From Nitrospirae bacterium CG02_land_8_20_14_3_00_41_53 (GTDB taxonomy: Bacteria > Nitrospirota > Thermodesulfovibrionia > Thermodesulfovibrionales > SM23-35): 64,000 nt of DNA. Numbering within the stretch: position 1 is the first letter of the stretch; each line of letters begins with the position of its first letter. The DNA lies in NCBI GenBank assembly GCA_002780895.1, contig PEUB01000036.1:5547-69546 (forward strand), read 5' to 3'. The notes beneath the pieces were generated by a model that was not told where the DNA came from, did not search any database, and saw only the letters and a program-made list of their open reading frames with translations. The position numbers were made by a program, and so were the translations under genes. Below are positions 52,794-61,498 of this stretch, piece after piece.

Positions 52794-55611
52794 TTTTCAC
52801 CTCCACATCTTTAAGCATTTTAATACTTTCTAAAATCCTTTTCTTTATAATTATCAGTTCTTCATATTTTGCTTTTTCCTTATCAATAATCTCTCTGGGC
52901 GCCCTCTGGAGGAAGTCCTCATTAAAGAGTTTCCTGTTCAAAGACACGATAGACACATCTACCTTTGCCTCCTCTTTCTTAAGTCTATCGACTTCTGCAG
53001 TAATATTCAAGACCCCTTTAAGAGGAACATATATCTCCATAGAACTCTTAACAGAGGTTGCAGAGCACTCTGGCTTCTCAATGTTCATACCTATCTTAAT
53101 TTCGCCAGCCTTTGCAAGGTTTTTGAGATATTGTACGTTTTCCTTCAATATTTTCTCTGCCATTTGAGAAAATGTCTTTATTGACACATTGAGTTTAAGT
53201 GATGGTGATATGTTCAGCTCCCCTCTGATGGTTCTTATTCCCATTACAGCCTCTATGATATATGACATGTCTTCTTCAGCCTGGTAGTCTCTTGGTAAAG
53301 ACTTCGGATAATCTGAGACCATAATACTCTCCTTAATTGCTGAATGCTGAATTTTTATCGTCTGCCAAATCTCCTCTGTAACAAAGGGCATAAAAGGATG
53401 CAGCAGCCGTAAGGATGTATCGAGTGTATGCAGGAGACACCATCTGACGCCAGTTTGTGAGTTTAGGGTTCGGGGTTCGGAGTTTCCATCCCCTCCCTTG
53501 CCCTCCCCCCTCGAGAGGGAGGGTTGGGTGGGTGGGTTGATTTCGGATTTCGCCATCTCAAGATACCAGTCACAGAATTCATGCCATACGAACTGGTATA
53601 TACTACTTGCTGCGTCATTAAACCGATATTCTTCGAGTGCCCTGTTTATATCATCTGCTATAGCGGCAAGTCTGCTCAATATCCATTTACTTGCAAGATC
53701 ATGAGGCGTGTGAGTAATCCTCTCAACCCCTTCTTTTTCAAATCCCCCCTTACCCCCCTTTTCTAAAGGGGGGGTGGGGGGATTAGTATTCATCATAATG
53801 AATCTTGCTGCGTTCCAAAGCTTATTTACAAAATGCCTGTACCCTTCAACCCTTTTTTCCGAAAACTTAATATCGCGCCCCTGTGCAGTAAAAGCAGCAA
53901 GTGTAAACCTGAATGCATCTGTACCGTATCTGTCTATCATTATCAAAGGATCAACAACATTACCTTTTGATTTAGACATCTTCTGGCCTTTCAGATCCCT
54001 GACGAGTGCATGTATATAAACATCCCTGAAAGGCACGTCTCCCATGAATTTAAGTCCCATCATTATCATCCTTGCGACCCAGAAAAAGATTATATCGAAC
54101 CCTGTCACAAGAACGCTTGTAGGATAGAAGGTCTTAAGATCGTCAGTATTATCAGGCCAGCCAAGGGTAGAAAATGGCCATAGGGCAGACGAAAACCATG
54201 TATCGAGTACATCTTCATCCTGAATCAATTCTTCTGAGCTACAGTAAGGACATACTTGTGGTACATCTCTTGATACTATAACTCCATTTTGCATTTTGCA
54301 TTTTGCATTTTGCATTTTCTGACAGTACCATACAGGTATTCTGTGTCCCCACCATATCTGACGGGATATGCACCAGTCTTTTATATCTTCCATCCATGCA
54401 AAATATGTATTCTCCCATGTTTTAGGTATGATGTTAATTTTTCCCTCTTTAACTACCCTGATAGCATCTTTAGCAATGGACTGTACATTCACATACCACT
54501 GAGGTGTTGACAGCGGCTCGGTAATAGTCTTGCATCTGTAACAGTGGCCTACAGCATATTTGTACAACTCCTCTTTTTCTAAAAGATTAAGTACCTTCAA
54601 ATCTTTAATGACAAGTTTTCTGCACTCATATCTATCCAGACCTGCATATCTGTTTCCTGCATTTACTGTCATAAGACCATCGGCCCCGATCACGGTTATG
54701 AATTCTAAAGGTGGGATCTGTTTTTTTGCTATAGCCTCGTCATTAAAATCATGGGCTGGTGTTACCTTTACTGCGCCTGTACCAAAAGAAGGGTCTACTG
54801 CATGATCAGAAATAATAAGGATTTTTCTGTCAGTTAGAGGCAGGTTTATAGTTTTACCAATGAATTTTTGGTATCTGCTGTCTTCAGGGTTTACAGCCAC
54901 AGCAGTATCTCCGAGCATCGTCTCAGGCCTGGTAGTTGCTACAGTTATATACCCCCTCTTATTATCCCCCCCCCTTGCTAAGGGGGGGATAGGGGGGGTT
55001 AGTGGATACTTTATGTAAGTCAGCTTTCCTTCTAATTCCTCGTATTCTACCTCGAGGTCGGAAAGCGCGGTGTTACAGCGGGGGCACCAGTTTATAAGCC
55101 GGTTATCCCTGTATATCAGACCTTCCTCATAAAGTCTTACAAAAACCTCTCTTACAGCCTTTGAAAGCCCATCATCAAGTGTAAACCTTTCCCTTGACCA
55201 GTCACATGAAGCGCCGAGCCTTTTAAGCTGGTGGATTATCTTTCCACCGTATTCGGCCTTCCATTTCCATACACGCTCTATAAAGGCATTACGGCCGAGT
55301 TTATCCCTATCAAGTCCCGTAGATGCGAGCTGCTTTTCTACAACGTTCTGTGTAGCAATGCCTGCATGGTCAGTGCCTGGCAGCCATAGGACTTTATAAC
55401 CTGACATACGCTTCCAGCGAGAGAGTATATCCTGTAGTACCGTATTAAGGGCATGGCCCATGTGGAGAGAACCTGTAATATTCGGAGGGGGTATTACTAA
55501 AGAGTAAAAACTGCCTTTGAGGTCCGGGTCTGGCTTAAAATATCCTTTTGAGACCCAGTATTCATACCACCTTTCTTCTATACCTTGCGGATTGTAGCCT
55601 TTTTCTAAAAT
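52783..55611 (-). CDS. valS: Valyl-tRNA synthetase carrying five in-frame repeat insertions
   Basis: The ORF-track start (ATG 55461) is the Met of the HIGH motif (PPPNITGSLHMGHA). The frame continues upstream through ILEKGYNPQGIEERWYEYW to the stop at 55636..55638 with no ATG/GTG/TTG. The candidate start is ATT at 55611..55609, 5 nt after TAAGG. KMSKS motif and C-terminal coiled coil are present. Confidence 0.9.
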   Translation of the reverse strand: MLEKGYNPQGIEERWYEYWVSKGYFKPDPDLKGSFYSLVIPPPNITGSLHMGHALNTVLQDILSRWKRMSGYKVLWLPGTDHAGIATQNVVEKQLASTGLDRDKLGRNAFIERVWKWKAEYGGKIIHQLKRLGASCDWSRERFTLDDGLSKAVREVFVRLYEEGLIYRDNRLINWCPRCNTALSDLEVEYEELEGKLTYIKYPLTPPIPPLARGGDNKRGYITVATTRPETMLGDTAVAVNPEDSRYQKFIGKTINLPLTDRKILIISDHAVDPSFGTGAVKVTPAHDFNDEAIAKKQIPPLEFITVIGADGLMTVNAGNRYAGLDRYECRKLVIKDLKVLNLLEKEELYKYAVGHCYRCKTITEPLSTPQWYVNVQSIAKDAIRVVKEGKINIIPKTWENTYFAWMEDIKDWCISRQIWWGHRIPVWYCQKMQNAKCKMQNGVIVSRDVPQVCPYCSSEELIQDEDVLDTWFSSALWPFSTLGWPDNTDDLKTFYPTSVLVTGFDIIFFWVARMIMMGLKFMGDVPFRDVYIHALVRDLKGQKMSKSKGNVVDPLIMIDRYGTDAFRFTLAAFTAQGRDIKFSEKRVEGYRHFVNKLWNAARFIMMNTNPPTPPLEKGGKGGFEKEGVERITHTPHDLASKWILSRLAAIADDINRALEEYRFNDAASSIYQFVWHEFCDWYLEMAKSEINPPTQPSLSRGEGKGGDGNSEPRTLNSQTGVRWCLLHTLDTSLRLLHPFMPFVTEEIWQTIKIQHSAIKESIMVSDYPKSLPRDYQAEEDMSYIIEAVMGIRTIRGELNISPSLKLNVSIKTFSQMAEKILKENVQYLKNLAKAGEIKIGMNIEKPECSATSVKSSMEIYVPLKGVLNITAEVDRLKKEEAKVDVSIVSLNRKLFNEDFLQRAPREIIDKEKAKYEELIIIKKRILESIKMLKDVEVKNDP
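53452..53537. repeat. Heptad array (53452..53486) abutting a GC-rich nested palindrome (53487..53537), in-frame in valS
   Basis: agtttgt gagttta gggttcg gggttcg gagtttc, then catcccctccc-ttg-ccctcccccc-tcgag-agggaggg-ttg-ggtgggtggg. Encodes PPTQPSLSRGEGKGGDGNSEPRTLNSQTG. Confidence 0.85.
53741..53784. repeat. GC-rich nested palindrome in-frame in valS
   Basis: aatcccccc-tta-cccccc-ttttctaaa-gggggg-gt-gggggg-att. Encodes PPTPPLEKGGKGGF. Confidence 0.9.
54284..54318. repeat. Heptad tandem array, ccatttt then (gcatttt)x4, in-frame in valS
   Basis: Tandem 7-nt units. On the coding strand they read (aaaatgc)n and encode CQKMQNAKCKMQNG. Confidence 0.9.
54951..54999. repeat. GC-rich nested palindrome in-frame in valS
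   Basis: accccctc-ttat-tatccccccc-cttgctaag-ggggggata-gggggggt. Encodes TPPIPPLARGGDNKRG just before the ATTRPETMLGDTAVAV motif. Confidence 0.9.
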
Positions 55612-56402
55612 TCTGACCTTATCCTCTCTATCTCTTTAGAAATCATCGTCTCTGCAAGGTCAGGTACAGTCTCCCATATTACCTTTTCAACCTCTTTTGT
55701 AAGGGATTCGAGGGCACCTTTTAATATCTCTTTCAGCATCCTCTCAACAAGGTCAGGTACAACTTCCCATAGTATCTTCTCGACGGAATCCTTCATCGAA
55801 GGCATCAGTGAGGTAAGGATAATTTCTTTTAAATCAAGCGAGGATAGTAATGAAGATATTCTTTCGTTAACAGTATTCTCGAATATGTCTTTAAGTTCGT
55901 CCTTTGAAGGAATTTCTACTTCAGGGATACCAATCTTTACCTCTGTAGCTGCAGCTTCTTCAACTGAAACTTCCTCTAAACCAACAGCCTCGGCTTCAGC
56001 AATACCCCCGGCTTCTTCTCCTTCCATTACAGATGATACAGTAAGAGCAGCATTTATCTTGTTTATTAACTCCTGTGATTCGAAGGGTTTTATAATAAAA
56101 TCATCTGCCTTAACCTGTTTTGCAAGCTCTTCATCAATCGGTTCAAATGCGCCTGCAAGGAGTATTACCGGGATACTGCTTATTAAAGGGTCTTGTTTTA
56201 TCTTTTCAGAAAGCTGGTAGCCGTTAATCTTGGGCATCTCTATGTCAGCAAGGATTATATCAGGCTTAAAAGAAGGGATAACAGCTAAAGCTTCCTCACC
56301 ATTATTAGTTACCTTGATCTCAAACCCTTCCTGTGCGAGGATAAGTTCTACAACCTTTTGTATGGTGATACTGTCATCTGCAAGAAGCAGTTTAATAGCC
56401 AT
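55605..56402 (-). CDS. Response regulator receiver protein with acidic linker and duplicated C-terminal helical motif
   Basis: REC domain (LLLADDSITIQK...ILADIEMPKINGY...IIKPF). The C-terminus has two copies of VEK(I/V)(L/I)WE(V/T)VPDL(V/A)E(R/T)M(L/I).KEI. Confidence 0.8.
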   Translation of the reverse strand: MAIKLLLADDSITIQKVVELILAQEGFEIKVTNNGEEALAVIPSFKPDIILADIEMPKINGYQLSEKIKQDPLISSIPVILLAGAFEPIDEELAKQVKADDFIIKPFESQELINKINAALTVSSVMEGEEAGGIAEAEAVGLEEVSVEEAAATEVKIGIPEVEIPSKDELKDIFENTVNERISSLLSSLDLKEIILTSLMPSMKDSVEKILWEVVPDLVERMLKEILKGALESLTKEVEKVIWETVPDLAETMISKEIERIRSEF

Positions 56403-56482
56403 GTTTCACCTCTTATTATATCTTGAAAGATTTTATTGTTAAGTACCGAAAAAGTCAAGTGGTATTCTCTTTCCTGCATATG

Positions 56483-57301
56483 TCACATAAGGCTTTTATC
56501 GTAAAGTTCCTTCTTGCTCAACCCGTATGCATCGGCAATCTTTTTAACCGCCTCTTTTCTACCGAGGCCTTTTTTCATCAAAGCGCTGACCTCTGAAATG
56601 GCATCCTCAGTTGTAAGTTTTTTTTCCTCTGTCCTGCCATCTACAGCGATTACGTACTCACCTGCTATTGTAGTCTTTTTAATTTTGGTGAGTATTTCCG
56701 GAATGCTGCCCCTTAACACCTCCTCATGGATTTTAGTAATTTCTTTTATAAGTGCAGCCTTTCTTTCTAAAAATATCTTTTCCATATCCTTAAGTGTCTG
56801 AAGAATCCTGTGCGGTGCTTCATAAAAAACGAGTGTCCGGCGTTCAAGACTCAAGTCTTTGAGAATCTTCTGGCGCTGACTCTCTTTTGTTGGAAGAAAT
56901 CCTATAAATATAAATTCTTCAGTATGAAGTCCTGATAAAGACAATGCAGCAATCAATGCTGACGGACCGGGTATTGAAACAACCTGAATATTTTCTTCAA
57001 TAGCTTTTTTTATGAGAACAGCTCCAGGGTCTGATATGCCGGGCGTGCCGGCATCTGAGATGAGGGCAACTGATTGTCCGGAATGCAGCCTCTCTACGAT
57101 CTCTGCTGATTTAACTTTCTCTCTTTCGCCCCAGTAACTTATTAATGGCTTCGAGATACCATAATGGGTCAAGAGTTTACGGGAGTGTCTTGTGTCCTCT
57201 GCTGCTATGACATCTGCTTCTTTTAAAACCCTTAAAGCCCTGAAGGTAAGGTCTCCAAGATTACCTATAGGTGTCGAGACTATATAAAGGGTGCCGCTCA
57301 C
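56483..57301 (-). CDS. rsmI: 16S rRNA (cytidine1402-2'-O)-methyltransferase
   Basis: GTLYIVSTPIGNLGDLTFRALRVLKEADVIAAEDTRHS; 272 aa. Confidence 0.92.
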   Translation of the reverse strand: MSGTLYIVSTPIGNLGDLTFRALRVLKEADVIAAEDTRHSRKLLTHYGISKPLISYWGEREKVKSAEIVERLHSGQSVALISDAGTPGISDPGAVLIKKAIEENIQVVSIPGPSALIAALSLSGLHTEEFIFIGFLPTKESQRQKILKDLSLERRTLVFYEAPHRILQTLKDMEKIFLERKAALIKEITKIHEEVLRGSIPEILTKIKKTTIAGEYVIAVDGRTEEKKLTTEDAISEVSALMKKGLGRKEAVKKIADAYGLSKKELYDKSLM

Positions 57302-57558
57302 TCTATCTTCAGCAGTTTTATCAGCCTTCTATTCGTTCTGACAATCTCATCCACGTTATCGCCTGTGATATCCCATGTATATTTGCCCTCTGCTGAACGT
57401 TTAAGTTTGATCTTAACAGGCTTTTTGGGTTTTACCTGTTGTATGTCAGGCTGCTTCTTGAACTGAAGATTCTTGTTATCTTCAGAATAAGCACAGCTAA
57501 AAATAAGAATTATAGAAATGGATATAGCTATTAGCAGGAAAATAAATTTTTTCTTCAA
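57298..57558 (-). CDS. Small lipoprotein, hypothetical
   Basis: 86 aa. MKKKFIFLLIAISISIILIFSC signal peptide plus lipobox. Overlaps the rsmI start by 4 nt. Confidence 0.55.
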   Translation of the reverse strand: MKKKFIFLLIAISISIILIFSCAYSEDNKNLQFKKQPDIQQVKPKKPVKIKLKRSAEGKYTWDITGDNVDEIVRTNRRLIKLLKIE

Positions 57559-57588
57559 TATATCAAACCTTTCTTTGGCTTAAAACTC

Positions 57589-59337
57589 TTAATACCCCCT
57601 ATATTTATTTGTTATCGGGAAGCGTCGATCTTTTCCAAATGCCCTTTGGGTTATCTTAATGCCAGGAGGTGCCTGTCTTCTTTTGTATTCACTTTTATCA
57701 ATCATCTTGATAACATTCTGTGCACGTTCAACATTACAGCCGAGAGACAATATTTCTTCAAAACTTTTGTCATCCTCTATATATGCCTTTAATATGGGGT
57801 CAAGCACGGGATATGGTGGAAGTGTATCCGTATCTTTCTGGGCGGGCTTAAGTTCTGCTGATGGTTCTTTCAATATAACCCTTTCAGGTACTACAGCCCT
57901 GCCATTTTTATTATTTTTCCACTTGCAAAGCTCGTATACCATTGTTTTTGGTACATCCTTTATTACTGCAAATCCGCCTGCCATATCACCATAAAGGGTT
58001 GCATATCCAACACTCATCTCTGATTTATTACCGGTTGTCAAGACAAGCCATCCAAACTTATTTGAAAATGCCATAAGGATATTACCCCTTATCCTTGCCT
58101 GGAGATTTTCCTCTGTTACATCTGCTGGCAGTCCTTGGAATTCATTTTTCAATGCATTGAGATAGCTCTTCAATATACTATCAATTGGTGACTCAATAAC
58201 CTTTATCCCAAGATTGCCTGCAAGGGCATAAGCATCTTCTCTACTCTCCATCGATGTATATGGAGAGGGCATAAATAGACATGTCACATTCTCTTTACCA
58301 ATCGCATCTACTGCAATGGATGCTACAAGCGATGAATCGATGCCACCGCTCAGACCTATAACGACACCTTTAAATCCATTCTTAGTAACATAATCAGATG
58401 TGCCGAGTACAAGCGCCATATAGACCTCTTGTAATGGCTCTAAAACCGTATAACCTAATAATGATGATAAACGAAGATGTGATTTTGCCCTTTTTTTACT
58501 TAATGTCTTTTCAACCGGGACATTGATCCTTTCAAAAGCTCCCTTTCCGAGTTTAATTACTTCCTGTCTCCTGCGCGGGGCATGAAGCCTTCGCATCATA
58601 ACACCCTCAAGGTCTAAGTCAACGACGATCAGGTCTTCTTCGAACTGTTTTCCCCTTGCGATTACAATACCATCCTGGTCAAGGATAAAGCTGTGGCCAT
58701 CGAATACAAGCTCGTCCTGTCCTCCAACTGTATTCAGATAAGCCACTATAACCATATTGTCAGTTGCCCTTGTTGAAAGCATATTTTCTCTAAATTTCCC
58801 TTTACCAATCCGATATGGTGATGCGTTTATATTTAAGATCACCTCAGCGCCCGCAAGTGACTGGACCATTGAAGGCCCTTCTGGATACCAGATGTCTTCA
58901 CATATATTAACCCCTATCCATGTATCACCAATCTGATAAATAGGACATCTTGTACCAGCCTGGAAATAACGATATTCATCAAATACACCATAATTTGGCA
59001 GGTACATCTTGTGATAGGTATCTATCAGTCTTTTGTTGTGGATTATTGCGGCAGCATTGTAGATATCGTCTCTTTTGTCGACAAAACCTACTACAGCCAC
59101 TATATCACCTACATTTCGCCGCACTTTTTCCAGTGCATCGAGGTTATCTTCTATAAACTGGGTTTTCAACAACAAATCTTCAGGGGGATAACCTGTTATT
59201 GCAAGTTCAGGAAACGCAACTACTTGAGCACCGGCTTTATTTGCCTTCTTAATATAATTGAGAATCTTTGAGACATTACCATCAAGATCTCCGACAGTAG
59301 GATTAATCTGTGCAAGTGCAATCCTAAGAATTTTCAT
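57589..59337 (-). CDS. nadE: Glutamine-dependent NAD+ synthetase (CN-hydrolase plus NAD synthase domains)
   Basis: N-terminal nitrilase-type domain ([21 protein letters not shown]) and a C-terminal SGGIDSS PP-loop. The start is set at ATG 59337 ([10 protein letters not shown]). Confidence 0.93.
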   Translation of the reverse strand: MKILRIALAQINPTVGDLDGNVSKILNYIKKANKAGAQVVAFPELAITGYPPEDLLLKTQFIEDNLDALEKVRRNVGDIVAVVGFVDKRDDIYNAAAIIHNKRLIDTYHKMYLPNYGVFDEYRYFQAGTRCPIYQIGDTWIGVNICEDIWYPEGPSMVQSLAGAEVILNINASPYRIGKGKFRENMLSTRATDNMVIVAYLNTVGGQDELVFDGHSFILDQDGIVIARGKQFEEDLIVVDLDLEGVMMRRLHAPRRRQEVIKLGKGAFERINVPVEKTLSKKRAKSHLRLSSLLGYTVLEPLQEVYMALVLGTSDYVTKNGFKGVVIGLSGGIDSSLVASIAVDAIGKENVTCLFMPSPYTSMESREDAYALAGNLGIKVIESPIDSILKSYLNALKNEFQGLPADVTEENLQARIRGNILMAFSNKFGWLVLTTGNKSEMSVGYATLYGDMAGGFAVIKDVPKTMVYELCKWKNNKNGRAVVPERVILKEPSAELKPAQKDTDTLPPYPVLDPILKAYIEDDKSFEEILSLGCNVERAQNVIKMIDKSEYKRRQAPPGIKITQRAFGKDRRFPITNKYRGY

Positions 59338-59487
59338 TATATCCCCATCCATATTGAATCATTCAGTGCACCCTAAATGGATATGAATTTTTGCATATTA
59401 TAGCATTAGAGCAAAAATTCAACAAAAAAATCCATATTTCTTTTCTGGGTATTGTCTTATTGAACACCGAAAGGCAAAAATAAAGAT

Positions 59488-60429
59488 ATGTTTATGGATT
59501 TAAATACTATGAAACTGAGAAGGCCAACCATCATGTTGTTCTTATTATTTTTCCTTACTTTTATGAATACTCTTTATGCCGAACCCAATAAGATCCAGAC
59601 AAAAGAAGTCATAGTCATTTTTGAGGAGCCATTAGAAAACGTGGCTAAAGATGTAGTGAAGGTATACCCTGCTGTTAAAGCAGATCTCGTTGCAACCCTC
59701 GATTGGAAGGTTGATGTCAGACCAGATGTAATTCTGGTTAAAGATAAAAGCACCCTAATGAAAATGGTCGGAAGCGATATAATTATTGCATTTGCTATCC
59801 CTGACAGAAATCTTATTGTACTTGATACCTCAAGGATATATACCAGGCCCTTTACCCTTGAGGCAACACTCAAGCACGAGTTATGTCATATCCTTTTGCA
59901 CAGCAATATCAAAAACGATAGACTGCCCAGATGGCTTGACGAGGGGGTCTGCCAATGGGCAAGCGGAGGGATTGCAGAGCTTATAGCAGACGACGGGGAC
60001 AGTGCGATTACAAAAGCTACAATTTCTGACAGTACAATAAGCATAGGGGATCTCATAAGATTTCCTCGCGATGAAAAGTCTCTTCTTCTTGCGTATGAGG
60101 AAAGCAAAAGCATCGTGGAATATATCGTCAGTGAGTACGGCAAGCAAGGGATTTTACAGATACTTGAATATCTGAAAGAAGGGCATTCTATAGACGATTC
60201 TATCCAGAAAAGTCTTTCTGTCAGTACTTCCGAACTTGAGATTAAGTGGCTTGTATATCTAAAAAGAAAGCATACTTGGTTTTCATATTTAAGCTACAAC
60301 ATCTACACAATCCTCTTTTTCCTCGCCGCTGTGATTACTGTATATGGTTTTATAAGATTGCTGAAAAAGAAAAGGGCTTATGTTGATGAGGATGAAGAGA
60401 AGGGTAGGGGGGGTGGAAACACATCCTGA
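59488..60429 (+). CDS. Putative membrane-anchored zinc metallopeptidase (HExxH)
   Basis: N-terminal signal/TM, HELCHILLH motif and a C-terminal TM helix (IYTILFFLAAVITVYGFI). The start may be ATG 59509. Confidence 0.55.
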   Translation: MFMDLNTMKLRRPTIMLFLLFFLTFMNTLYAEPNKIQTKEVIVIFEEPLENVAKDVVKVYPAVKADLVATLDWKVDVRPDVILVKDKSTLMKMVGSDIIIAFAIPDRNLIVLDTSRIYTRPFTLEATLKHELCHILLHSNIKNDRLPRWLDEGVCQWASGGIAELIADDGDSAITKATISDSTISIGDLIRFPRDEKSLLLAYEESKSIVEYIVSEYGKQGILQILEYLKEGHSIDDSIQKSLSVSTSELEIKWLVYLKRKHTWFSYLSYNIYTILFFLAAVITVYGFIRLLKKKRAYVDEDEEKGRGGGNTS

Positions 60430-60490
60430 AAGTAATATAGAAAGTACTATAGTAAAAAAAGTAGTAAAATAGGGACACATCCCATTTTAC

Positions 60491-60519
60491 TTGACATCCA
60501 AGACTATAGTCGTTAAACT
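60491..60519 (+). promoter_or_regulatory. Candidate promoter giving a leaderless RAYT transcript
   Basis: TTGACA (60491..60496), 17 nt, then TAAACT (60514..60519). The ATG at 60525 is only 5 nt downstream and has no SD. Confidence 0.35.
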
Positions 60520-60524
60520 TCCCA

Positions 60525-61196
60525 ATGCCAAGGATCGGTAGAGCGGTTGCACCGGGCTATCCGCACCATGTCATTCAAAGAGGAAATAACAAAGAGCATG
60601 TCTTCTTTGAAAAAGAAGACCGAGAGCAGTATCTGTCATTGCTAAAGAAATATGCCTTCAAGTGGAACTCTCCGATTATGGCCTACTGCCTGATGAGCAA
60701 TCATGTCCATTTGCTGACAAAGCCGGAAACGAACGAATCGTTGTTTAAGATGATGCAGGGACTCACTCTCTGCTACACGCAACATATAAATAGGACGTAT
60801 GAGAGGACAGGCAGATTGTGGGAAAGTCGCTATCATTCATGCATTGTGGATCATGAGAAATACCTGTGGGCGGTTGCACGGTATATCGAGCAAAATCCGG
60901 TTAGGGCAAAGATGGTTGAGAGAGCCGAAGACTATGCCTATTCAAGTGCCCGATCTCATGTAAAGGGCAGCGAGGATCCTGTTCTGGGAGAAGACCTATT
61001 TAGCAATGACGTACGAAAGGACTATATACTCCTGCTGCGCTCTGATATGCCTGAAAAAGAAATTGAGAGGTTGCGCTATGCTACAAAAACGGGAAGACCT
61101 CTTGGCAGTGCGGAGTTTGTGGTCGAGATGGAAAAGAAGCTTGAAAGAAGGCTTTTGCAACGCCCGAAGGGAAGACCGAGGAAGAAATGCCGTTAA
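60525..61196 (+). CDS. REP-associated tyrosine transposase (RAYT; IS200-like Y1 transposase family)
   Basis: 223 aa with YHVIQRGN-type start (PHHVIQRGNNKEHVF), HUH motif MSNHVHLL and catalytic-Tyr region WAVARYIEQNPVRAKMV. The C-terminus is basic, ending GRPRKK. Confidence 0.85.
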   Translation: MPRIGRAVAPGYPHHVIQRGNNKEHVFFEKEDREQYLSLLKKYAFKWNSPIMAYCLMSNHVHLLTKPETNESLFKMMQGLTLCYTQHINRTYERTGRLWESRYHSCIVDHEKYLWAVARYIEQNPVRAKMVERAEDYAYSSARSHVKGSEDPVLGEDLFSNDVRKDYILLLRSDMPEKEIERLRYATKTGRPLGSAEFVVEMEKKLERRLLQRPKGRPRKKCR

Positions 61197-61335
61197 AATG
61201 GGATGTGTCCCTATTTTCAATTTTCTATTTTCACTATTTTCAAGAAAAAAAGCGATCCTGATCGGAAATAGAAAAATTCTATTCCCTATTTTTGGTTCTT
61301 CAGAGAATTGTGTGGAAGGTGCATACCCAAAAAAA

Positions 61336-61368
61336 CCCTCCCCTAACCCCTCCCATCGAGGGAGGGGG
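61336..61368. repeat. GC-rich nested palindrome (intergenic)
   Basis: ccctcccc-taa-cccctccc-atcga-gggaggggg. Confidence 0.8.
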
Positions 61369-61460
61369 ACTAATTTGGAAGACTCCTTTCAAGGACAGGG
61401 GCTAATAGCGGTCTCTACAGAAAAGTCTGAAGGACCTTTTTATTGGGTAGCTTTGTTTAG

Positions 61461-61490
61461 TTGACTTTGAATACAGACGCTGTTTAAACT
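61461..61490 (+). promoter_or_regulatory. Candidate promoter giving a near-leaderless argS transcript
   Basis: TTGACT (61461..61466), 18 nt, then TAAACT (61485..61490). The ATG at 61499 is 8 nt downstream and has no SD. Confidence 0.35.
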
Positions 61491-61498
61491 CTATTTCC

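Larger units (their letters stand above)
60466..61217 (+). mobile_element. REP-RAYT unit: IS200/Y1-type tyrosine transposase gene flanked by perfect 24-bp inverted REP-like hairpins
   Basis: Left aaaatagggacacatcccatttta (60466..60489) and right taaaatgggatgtgtccctatttt (61194..61217) are exact reverse complements. Each can fold as a bulged hairpin (ggga-caca-tccc core). Confidence 0.8.

Noticed and set aside
61006-61464. 152-aa plus-strand ORF overlapping the RAYT 3' end and the downstream spacer.
   Set aside because: It is out of frame with the well-supported RAYT gene and reads through REP and GC-rich repeat sequence. It has no RBS and no recognisable motif.
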